A stretch of DNA of 64,000 nt from Candidatus Omnitrophota bacterium (GTDB lineage Bacteria; Omnitrophota; Gorgyraeia; Zapsychrales; JAHFFX01): the NCBI GenBank assembly GCA_023247725.1, contig JAHFFW010000014.1, forward strand, positions 783 to 64,782, written 5' to 3'. Position numbers and translations under genes: made by a program. Positions 56,741 through 64,000 of this stretch are shown here, piece by piece (positions within the stretch are counted from its first letter, which is position 1; every line of letters begins with the position of its first letter). Below the pieces are notes generated by a model that made no database searches, was not told the origin of the DNA, and worked only from the letters and a program-made list of their open reading frames with translations.

Positions 56741-56922
56741 GGTTACGTGGGACGAAGGACGTTCGCTCGCCCCACCGACGGCGGGACTCGCTCGGACGAG
56801 GGACGTTAGAATCAATGACGCGCGACGATTCACGCTTCACAAAGGACGCTTCACGTCTTAGCACCTCGTATCTCGTGAAGCGCATCTCGTCTGACCGGTG
56901 ATCCGGCAATCGGGTAATTCGG
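56741..56922. repeat. Mosaic short-tandem-repeat spacer (GGACG arm, ACGCTTC/ATCTCGT arm, CCGGTNAT arm)
   Basis: ggttacgtgggacgaaggacg..; cacgcttcac..acgcttcac; ctcgtatctcgt..atctcgt; ccggtgatccggcaatcgggtaattcgg. Confidence 0.7.
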
Positions 56923-56923
56923 A

Positions 56924-58003
56924 ATGCTTAAAGTTCAATCAAACAACTCAGCTTCCATCCTCCTCATCACGCTTTGGGTCCTCATGATCTTATCGATCCT
57001 GGCGATTTCTTTGGGACGAGGGGCCAATACCCAGTTGATGCTGGCCGAGAGGATGGTCAACAAAACCAAAGCCCGCTACTTGACCTGGGCGGGATTTCAC
57101 TATGCGCTCGTTCATATCGCGCGGGAAGAAAAGGACCATCCGGTTCCCGCCGATGATCTTTTCCGCTGCGGCGTTCAATTCAAGAAAACCGAGTCGCCGG
57201 AAGAGATTTTTGGAAATGTCAAAATTCCCGGCGGCCATTTCGATGTCGCTTACGACTGCGAAGAAAGCCATTCGCCGGACTCTTCCTCAGTAAAAAGCCG
57301 CTATGGTTTCAGGGATGAAGAACGAAAATTGAATCTCAATGCGCTCACCGTCACGAACGATTCGGTTTTTAAGGAACTCTTGGTCGTCCTCGGCGCCGAT
57401 GAAACAACCGCCGCCACGATCGCTGCCTCGAGCGTCGATTGGCACGATGAGGATGATCGCGTGAGCGCCGCCCCCTTTGGAGAAGAAGGGGTCTGGTACG
57501 AATCCCGTCGGCAACCGTATCAGTGCAAAAATCGGCCGTTCGATCAGGTGGATGAACTTTTGTTAGTGAAGGGAATGACCCTGGAGATTTTTGAAAAGAT
57601 TCAACCGTTCGTGACGGTCTTCCCTAAAAATGCCCCGCGGTTAACCATCAATTTTGCCACGGCCTTCCCCGAAGTTCTGATCGCCCTGGCCAACAGTATG
57701 GCCTTTGCCACCAACACGGATCGCAATGACGCACAAGGCCTGGTCAAAAAACTTTTGCATGATCGCGCCGGAGATGATGGCCAAGAGGCCACCTCCGATG
57801 ACCGCCAACCGGATTTCGATTTGGCAGGGTTTAATGAAAAGGAAAGGTCAATCTTTTTGGCCATGGCCCCGTATTCAACGAGGACCTCGAGATTTATCCG
57901 GATCTCGGTCCATAGCGGCCTCGAGGCGAGCGCGGTGCGTTCTTGCGTTGAAGCGGTGGTGGATCGCGAGTCCCTGAATGTCGTGGCCTGGAGAAGGCAG
58001 TGA
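56924..58003 (+). CDS. gspK: GspK-family pseudopilin
   Basis: DEERKLNLN, DWHDED, ELLLVKGMT, INFATA. Confidence 0.85.
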   Translation: MLKVQSNNSASILLITLWVLMILSILAISLGRGANTQLMLAERMVNKTKARYLTWAGFHYALVHIAREEKDHPVPADDLFRCGVQFKKTESPEEIFGNVKIPGGHFDVAYDCEESHSPDSSSVKSRYGFRDEERKLNLNALTVTNDSVFKELLVVLGADETTAATIAASSVDWHDEDDRVSAAPFGEEGVWYESRRQPYQCKNRPFDQVDELLLVKGMTLEIFEKIQPFVTVFPKNAPRLTINFATAFPEVLIALANSMAFATNTDRNDAQGLVKKLLHDRAGDDGQEATSDDRQPDFDLAGFNEKERSIFLAMAPYSTRTSRFIRISVHSGLEASAVRSCVEAVVDRESLNVVAWRRQ

Positions 58004-59415
58004 TGAAGAAACATATTTTGATCAGTCTTGAATTGAATGACGTGGATCTGAAGATCGTCCAAGGGGTCGGCCATGGCACGGCCTGTGCCTTGAACCACGT
58101 GTCCGCTTTTTCCTGTTCCCAGGATGATGACACCGAAATCGCGCGCACCCTTCAACAAAGGATTCGCGCCAGCGGCGGGAATTCCCGCGAGGTGGTGGCC
58201 TGCATCCCAAGACGATTTTTTATTCTCAAACAAATGGTTTTGCCTGGTGTGATGGAAGGCGAATTGCGGCGGATGATTGGTTTACAAATTTTGGGGCAGT
58301 TGCCATATCAAGCAGAAGAGGTCGTGTGGGATTTCACGATCTTGGAAAAATTGCCGTCGGGATACACCCGAATCTTGGTCATGGTCATCGCCACGCCGGT
58401 CCTGGAGCGTTATACAAAGATACTTTCATCGGCCGGAATTCGTCCGCAAACATTGACCATGAGTTCTTTCGGACTCTGGGGCTGGCACCGGCTGCAGGAG
58501 TCGGGCGCCGCAAAGCCAGATTCCGGCGTCCAGCTTTTGATCAGTGTCGATGCCGCCCGCACCGAATTCTGTTTTTGTGATCTGGAACATTTTTATTTTT
58601 CCCGCAGCGTGAAGGGGGGGTTTGGAAAGTTTGACCGCCAGGCGTTCACCCAAACCCTCAAGGAAACCTTGGAAATTTACACCAGGGAAAAACTGGGCCC
58701 GGATCCGGCTCGCGGGAAATTGATTTCTCCTTCCTTAATCTTGAAGGAGATGGTACAAGAATTCTGTGCTTACCTTCAACTTTTTTTGACCTGGCATGAT
58801 CCCTTGAAGGACCTGCCGGAAAAGTTCAATCAGTTGTCGGCCGAATCGGTTCCCGCCGAAACCTCGTTTGCCGTCGGAATCGGTCTTTTGGGAATAGGGC
58901 AAGAACAGATGGGAAATTTTTTGCCTCCGCTTTCTAAGGGTTTTGGACTTCGATCATTCTTCAAAAATTTCTTTCTTCTTATGCTTGTTTATTTGTCGTT
59001 CGTCATGGCCCTGGGGGTGGGGCCTTACCGATTGAAAAGACAATGGGCCTCGCTGCAACAGGAGATGGATGGGCTGCAGCCGTCGCTCAAGGCGATTGAG
59101 GATGAAGAAGTCCTTTGGCGAGTCCTGCAGGAAGAACAAAACGAGGAAAAACCGGTGATCGAATTGATCGATGAATTATATCGCCTGACGCCCCCAGACA
59201 TCATTTACAGCAGTCTGCATATGGATCCGCAAGGGGAGGTGATTCTTCAGGGGATTTCCAAAACCAGCACAGAAGTTAATCAATTCCAAAGCAACCTCGT
59301 AGGCTCGTCCTTGTTAATGAATATTTCTTTACAACAAGCAAGCAAACAGATGAGCCCATTGGGTGAAGTAACGCATTTTTCGTTCTCCGGTCATTTGATC
59401 TCCCAAACGCCATGA
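58000..59415 (+). CDS. GspL/PilM-PilN-like alignment protein
   Basis: Actin-like N-terminus (LPY...DF), TM, C-terminal PilN-like LQG.S. Confidence 0.7.
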   Translation: MMKKHILISLELNDVDLKIVQGVGHGTACALNHVSAFSCSQDDDTEIARTLQQRIRASGGNSREVVACIPRRFFILKQMVLPGVMEGELRRMIGLQILGQLPYQAEEVVWDFTILEKLPSGYTRILVMVIATPVLERYTKILSSAGIRPQTLTMSSFGLWGWHRLQESGAAKPDSGVQLLISVDAARTEFCFCDLEHFYFSRSVKGGFGKFDRQAFTQTLKETLEIYTREKLGPDPARGKLISPSLILKEMVQEFCAYLQLFLTWHDPLKDLPEKFNQLSAESVPAETSFAVGIGLLGIGQEQMGNFLPPLSKGFGLRSFFKNFFLLMLVYLSFVMALGVGPYRLKRQWASLQQEMDGLQPSLKAIEDEEVLWRVLQEEQNEEKPVIELIDELYRLTPPDIIYSSLHMDPQGEVILQGISKTSTEVNQFQSNLVGSSLLMNISLQQASKQMSPLGEVTHFSFSGHLISQTP

Positions 59416-59966
59416 AAATTTCCGCCCCATCAGCGCTTTTGAATCGTCGAGAAAAAACTATTGCCTGGATTTGTGCATTGGTCGTTGGAATCACTGCTCA
59501 TTGGCAATGGGTGGATGAACCTCTGCGAGGTCAGGCGAAAAAACTCCAGGATTTGATTGAGGGTGGCGTCCGCATTCAGAAAAGGGATTTACTCCGTATC
59601 GAAGCGGCGAAGGCCTTACGCCCCCGGTACGAGCAAGAACTGCAGCCCTTGCGCCAGCAGACTTCCGACGAGGAAGAAATGTCTACTTTGCTCACGCAAG
59701 TCGAAGGCCTGACCAACGAATTGAATCTCAAGATCACGGAAATGAAGCCGCAGAAAGTTCATCAATTCCCCGCGCACAAAATTTTTTCGATCAATCTGGC
59801 CCTAGATGGAACGCTCGTGGACATCGTGCATTTTTTGCATAAAATAAAAGAAGATCACTACCGGTTGAGGGTCGAAGAATTTCTTTTGGAATCAAAATTG
59901 CCGGCCCAGCCCAATCTCACGTGTCGGATCCAGCTTTCCCGCCTCTTGATTAAACCTGATCCGTAG
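59412..59966 (+). CDS. GspM/PilO-like protein
   Basis: LNRREK plus TM plus coiled coil plus G.L.DIVHFL. Confidence 0.72.
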   Translation: MKISAPSALLNRREKTIAWICALVVGITAHWQWVDEPLRGQAKKLQDLIEGGVRIQKRDLLRIEAAKALRPRYEQELQPLRQQTSDEEEMSTLLTQVEGLTNELNLKITEMKPQKVHQFPAHKIFSINLALDGTLVDIVHFLHKIKEDHYRLRVEEFLLESKLPAQPNLTCRIQLSRLLIKPDP

Positions 59967-59977
59967 TCATTTAAAAA

Positions 59978-60105
59978 ATGGAACCCCACGGGCATGCCCG
60001 TGGTACCTTCTTCTTACCCTTGGGGGATTTGCTCGCGTGATTTCTTATGATTGGGTTCCATCCCGAGCGAAGGAACCCGGCCATGGCCGAGGTACGAGTC
60101 GAGGG
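59978..60105 (-). mobile_element. Family 1 mini-element copy 3 (128 bp, intergenic, lacks 21-bp nested palindrome)
   Basis: Reverse complement of 5247-5396 with intact ccacgggcatgcccgtgg palindrome. Confidence 0.92.
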
Positions 60106-60239
60106 GTAGTTTCAGCGCAAAATTTTTTGGAATTCCAGAATTCCTGTTGACAACTATCAGGCTAAGAGGTTAAATAAGTCACCTTTTAACTCGACGGTAA
60201 CCTCCATAACCTGGGCAACCTTGATAACCTATTCCACCC

Positions 60240-60968
60240 ATGCCCACCCTCAATCGTTTCAATCTGATCGACGCCCATTTTCAAAAATCGAATCTGTTTA
60301 ATCATCTGCCCATCTTTGATGAAATCTATTTCCTCGGCTATCCGGAAGGAAAAATCCAGCGTTATCAAGCGAGACGCGAAGGCCAAGAATGTTTTTTGCT
60401 GACTCTCTCGATCATTCGTGAGGAGGAGGCCATTATTTGGGAAGCGGCCCAGGATCTCCTGGAGCGCTGCGTTTGGGAGGCGACGCGGCGAGTCCAGGGC
60501 GTGTTCACCTTTGAGCTATTGACCTTTGATATCCATCATGAAATCCAAACGTTTAACTACACCGAATTTGGAACGCTCCTGGTCAATAGCTCTCTTAAGA
60601 CCAAACCCGGCGAGCAGAGACTCGTCAAATATTCCTCGGCGTATGGAATTTTGCAGAAACTTGTGGTGGAACGCTGGGGTAAAATCACCTTTAAAACCTC
60701 CGTTGAGGTTTATAAAGACAAACCCGCTTTTTTATTTACGCTGGTGAAAAGACTTTTCAAGCTGGCAGAATTTCCCCATCACCCCTTGATTCTGGTCATC
60801 AATGATCTGAGCCATCAGCCGTTATTTGATGCTGGAGATAAAGAGCAACAGCAATTTTTTTCGCAAGTGATCGAGGAACGGATTAAGGATTCGATTGAAT
60901 TTCTCCCCGAGGTTTATATCAAAGATGTGAAGGGCGCAAGGGAGCTAATGTCGCGAACGGTTCTGTAG
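60240..60968 (+). CDS. Hypothetical protein
   Basis: 242-aa ORF, upstream TTGACA at 60147. Confidence 0.7.
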   Translation: MPTLNRFNLIDAHFQKSNLFNHLPIFDEIYFLGYPEGKIQRYQARREGQECFLLTLSIIREEEAIIWEAAQDLLERCVWEATRRVQGVFTFELLTFDIHHEIQTFNYTEFGTLLVNSSLKTKPGEQRLVKYSSAYGILQKLVVERWGKITFKTSVEVYKDKPAFLFTLVKRLFKLAEFPHHPLILVINDLSHQPLFDAGDKEQQQFFSQVIEERIKDSIEFLPEVYIKDVKGARELMSRTVL

Positions 60969-61000
60969 TACAGGAGCACACATCCCGCCTAAAATGCTTA

Positions 61001-61028
61001 TTGTTTATACACCATAAGTGTGTATACT
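61001..61028 (+). promoter_or_regulatory. TA promoter with overlapping inverted-repeat operator
   Basis: TTGTTT-N16-TATACT; tatacac (61006-61012) / gtgtata (61020-61026). Confidence 0.6.
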
Positions 61029-61050
61029 TTATACAGGAGGTGATCTTCTG

Positions 61051-61272
61051 ATGGTTCGATTAAATATAACGATGCCGGATGAATTGGCCAAAGAATTGGA
61101 GAAAATCCCTAACAAAAGTCGATTCATTGCACAAGCCTTAAGTGAGAAATTCAAGCGTGAAAAAAAAGAAAAATTAGAATCCTTGATGATTGAGGGCTAT
61201 CAAAAGACCCGACAAGAGGATCAAGAATTAAAGAAAGACTGGGATAAAGCCACCTTGAAGGATTGGAAATAG
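61051..61272 (+). CDS. Ribbon-helix-helix antitoxin (MazE/NdoAI-like)
   Basis: AGGAGG RBS; RLNITMPDEL..NKSRFIAQAL..MIEGY. Confidence 0.82.
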   Translation: MVRLNITMPDELAKELEKIPNKSRFIAQALSEKFKREKKEKLESLMIEGYQKTRQEDQELKKDWDKATLKDWK

Positions 61273-61274
61273 CG

Positions 61275-61619
61275 ATGGATAAGCCACAAAGAGGGGAGAT
61301 TTGGCTTGTCAATTTGGATCCCACTACTGGAGCCGAAATCAAAAAAACCCGGCCTGCGGTGGTGATTTCCAATGATTTGAATAACCGATATGCGGATACA
61401 ATCACCGTCCTTCCTATCAGTGATAAAGGTGAAAAGGTTTATCCCTTTGAAGTTTATTTGCGCGCCGGCTCCTTTGGGCTAAGCAAGGAATCGAAAGTCA
61501 AGTGTCAGCAGGTGAGAACAATTGATAAAAGTCGCCTGATAAAGTCCTACGGTAGCATTGGTCGCCAGGAGCTTCAGCAAGTTGAACAGGCCTTGTTGCT
61601 CCATTTAGGGATAGAATAA
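61275..61619 (+). CDS. mazF: PemK/MazF toxin
   Basis: RGEIWLVNLDPTTGAEIKKTRPAVVISND, QVRTIDKSRL. Confidence 0.92.
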   Translation: MDKPQRGEIWLVNLDPTTGAEIKKTRPAVVISNDLNNRYADTITVLPISDKGEKVYPFEVYLRAGSFGLSKESKVKCQQVRTIDKSRLIKSYGSIGRQELQQVEQALLLHLGIE

Positions 61620-61642
61620 TGGCAAAATGAGGGTGCATTGAT

Positions 61643-62812
61643 ATGATCCGTCAGCCCTTGGCGTTGATCGCCATCCTGATCGGTATGGAAGCCGGGATCC
61701 TTTTCCTGGCTGATCATCCTCGATCCAAAAAATATTTTCGTTTCCTTCCGGCGGTTTTCTGGATTTATTTTCTGCCGATGCTGGCGTCGACCGCCGGCCT
61801 CATCGATGCCAAAAGCCCGCTTTACCAAAAAATCACCGAACACGTTCTGCCGGCGAGTTTATTCTTACTGCTGATTCCCGTCGATTTAAAAGCCATCCTC
61901 CGGCTGGGCGCCCCGGCACTCATCATGTTTCTCGCCGGAAGTGCGGGCATTGTTTTGGGGGCGCCGATCGTTTTCGTCATCGTTAAAAATTTTATTGGCG
62001 GGCAGTTCTGGACGGGATTTGGGGCTCTTTGCGCCTCGTGGACCGGAGGTAGCGCCAATATGGTGGCGGTCAAGGAAGCCCTGGGCACGCCGGATGAAGT
62101 TTTTTTGCCGATGGTCGTCGTCGATACGGTCGTGCCTTACTTATGGATGGGAGGGCTTATTGCGTTGGCGGCGTGGCAGCCAGTTTTTGATCGCCTCAAT
62201 CGTTCGGACCGGCGTGTCCTCGATAGTTTAGCCAGCCGGATTTCCCCGTCGGTCAAACGCAAAACCGCAGGAAGCTTAAAGACCGTGATCGGATTAATAT
62301 TGGCAGCTTCTTTGGCCGGTTGGGTCAGCCGAAGTTTGGCGGCGGTGTTACCGGTCATCCCGCAGGTCATTTCGACGTACGCCTGGTCGATCATTGTCGT
62401 CACATTTTTGGGACTGCTTTTTTCTTTGACGAACATCCGCGGGCAAGAACGGCAGGCGGCCACGCCCATCGGATATGCGCTGTTGTATTTTGTTTTAACC
62501 TCGATCGGAGCGAAGGCCAGTCTAAGTCAATCGGGATCGACGGTGATTTTAATCCTGGCGGGGTTTGGAATCGTCTTTATCCATACCATTTTTTTATTGG
62601 TGACGGCGCGGCTGATCAAGGCGCCCATGTTTTTGGTCGCAACGGCGAGCCAGGCCAATGTCGGCGGTGTGGCCTCAGCGCCGGTTGTTGCCGAGATTTA
62701 TCAGCCCGGGCTGGCGCCGGTGGGTTTACTGCTGGCAATTTTGGGGAATATGATTGGGACGTATTTAGGAATCCTTGCTGGACAGCTGTGCCGTCTCGTG
62801 GGTGGAGTTTAG
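61643..62812 (+). CDS. DUF819 membrane protein
   Basis: SWTGGSANMVA, ASQANVGG..SAP motifs. Confidence 0.88.
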   Translation: MIRQPLALIAILIGMEAGILFLADHPRSKKYFRFLPAVFWIYFLPMLASTAGLIDAKSPLYQKITEHVLPASLFLLLIPVDLKAILRLGAPALIMFLAGSAGIVLGAPIVFVIVKNFIGGQFWTGFGALCASWTGGSANMVAVKEALGTPDEVFLPMVVVDTVVPYLWMGGLIALAAWQPVFDRLNRSDRRVLDSLASRISPSVKRKTAGSLKTVIGLILAASLAGWVSRSLAAVLPVIPQVISTYAWSIIVVTFLGLLFSLTNIRGQERQAATPIGYALLYFVLTSIGAKASLSQSGSTVILILAGFGIVFIHTIFLLVTARLIKAPMFLVATASQANVGGVASAPVVAEIYQPGLAPVGLLLAILGNMIGTYLGILAGQLCRLVGGV

Positions 62813-62828
62813 AAAACTGGAAGTTGCT

Positions 62829-62887
62829 GCGGGGGCTTTTCGCCCCGCCGAGAAAATTTGCCGGGGCGAAAAGCCCCCGCGTTTTTT
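62829..62887 (+). terminator. Long-stem terminator/REP-like hairpin
   Basis: gcgggggcttttcgccccg / cggggcgaaaagcccccgc plus T-run. Confidence 0.75.
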
Positions 62888-62969
62888 AGAATTTATAATC
62901 TTCCTCTAATTATTTTCTAATCCCCGTCAGCCATAATTATAAAAGGATCCAATTCATGAGGAGGATTTC

Positions 62970-64000
62970 ATGCCGCCTTTGTTGCGACCTGATCATGCCG
63001 CAATGCTCGTGCTGCCGCCGCGACAGGGAACATTGGCCGCCACCTGCGACGTGTTAGTGGTCGGAGGAGGACCGGCAGGGCTTGGTGCAGCCATCGGAGC
63101 CGCTCAGGCAGAGGCCAGGACTGTTTTAGTGGAACGTTACGGATTTCTCGGCGGCAATGCCACCGCTAGTCTAGTCATGCCATTGATGTCCTTTCACACC
63201 CAACATACCCATCGCGAAATCAAGGGAGATACCTCTTTGGTGCCGACGGATCATGGTCCGGGAGATCCAGTTCTCGCCGGAGTTCTCGCTGTTTTCCTTA
63301 AGCGATTGGTCGAAGCCGGAGGTGCCATTGCGCCCACCTTGCAAACCGGCTACGTGGTTCCTTTCGATCCGGAGATTTTTAAATTGACGGCGTTGGAGAT
63401 GCTGGATGAAGCGGGGGTCGAATATCTTTTCCACGCCTTTGCCAGCGGAGTCATCAAGGACGCAGATGCCGTTACGTCCGTCATCTTTGAAACCAAGTCC
63501 GGCCCCGTCGTAATTCGGGCCAAGGTCACGATCGATGCGACCGGAGACGGCGATATTGCCTTTGGTGCGGGGGCTCCCTATGAACTGGGCCGCGCCGAGG
63601 ACGGATTGGTTCAGCCCATGACCCTCATGTTTCGCATGGGTGATTTTGAAAAGGAACGGTTTGATCACTTTATCAAAGAGCATCCGGATCAATGGAGGGG
63701 CGTTCATGGGCTTTGGAAACTGATCCAGGAGGCGATCCAATCCGGCGAATTGAAGTTGGAACGCGATGACCTGCTTTTTTTTGCCACGCCTCATCCCGAT
63801 GAGGTCAGTGTCAACTCGACCAGAGTCAAAAAAGTTTCCGGCATCGATGTCTGGGATTTAAGTTATGCCGAATGGGAAAGCCGCCGCCAAATGAAACAAA
63901 TTGTCCGTTTTTTGCGCCGGCATGTCCCCGGATTTGAAAAAGCCTATAACCTTCAGAGCGGTTCTACGATTGGGGTCCGCGAGACTCGCCGCATCATGGG
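62970..64000 (+). CDS. FAD-dependent oxidoreductase (PF12831-like), 3' truncated by window edge
   Basis: GAGGAG RBS; DVLVVGGGPAG, VERYGFLGGNAT, IDATGDGD, GVRETRRI; absent from ORF track because no stop in window. Confidence 0.9.
   Translation, partial: MPPLLRPDHAAMLVLPPRQGTLAATCDVLVVGGGPAGLGAAIGAAQAEARTVLVERYGFLGGNATASLVMPLMSFHTQHTHREIKGDTSLVPTDHGPGDPVLAGVLAVFLKRLVEAGGAIAPTLQTGYVVPFDPEIFKLTALEMLDEAGVEYLFHAFASGVIKDADAVTSVIFETKSGPVVIRAKVTIDATGDGDIAFGAGAPYELGRAEDGLVQPMTLMFRMGDFEKERFDHFIKEHPDQWRGVHGLWKLIQEAIQSGELKLERDDLLFFATPHPDEVSVNSTRVKKVSGIDVWDLSYAEWESRRQMKQIVRFLRRHVPGFEKAYNLQSGSTIGVRETRRIM

Noticed and set aside
63171-63794. 207-aa minus-strand ORF and many other antisense/overlapping ORFs in the track
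   Set aside because: Shadows of recognisable plus-strand genes (here the FAD oxidoreductase) with no motifs of their own.

Overview
64-kb bacterial chromosomal window with nearly all genes on the + strand. Gene content and repeat style suggest an uncultured lineage such as Ca. Omnitrophota (inference only). In order: the end of a nonulosonic (legionaminic)-type surface-polysaccharide locus; a complete MoxR/DUF58/BatA-E operon; a CheR-PAS histidine kinase; an AT-richer three-gene TIGR04255 cassette; two tandem TMTC-like TPR glycosyltransferases sharing an identical 322-bp block; a poly-HAMP hybrid kinase and receiver next to an IS200; a stress/metal-response region (OmpR-type TCS, Hsp20, Cys-rich Cu-storage protein, MscS, MFS); peptidoglycan-peptide recycling genes split by a T2SS-like cluster bracketed by HicBA and MazEF modules; and a partial FAD oxidoreductase. 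The most striking unexplained signal is in the small repeats. (1) Two unrelated families of palindromic mini-elements have inserted in frame into proteins (150 bp at 5247 and 35049; 114 bp at 37610), and each has an intergenic sibling. (2) At least seven spacers, mostly operon-internal, are built from inverted arms of degenerate 7-8-bp tandem repeats, and one still encloses a decayed four-helix-bundle (IVP/Avd-like) gene. (3) An IS200 and its 75-bp non-autonomous derivative are both present. No rRNA, tRNA or CRISPR array was seen.
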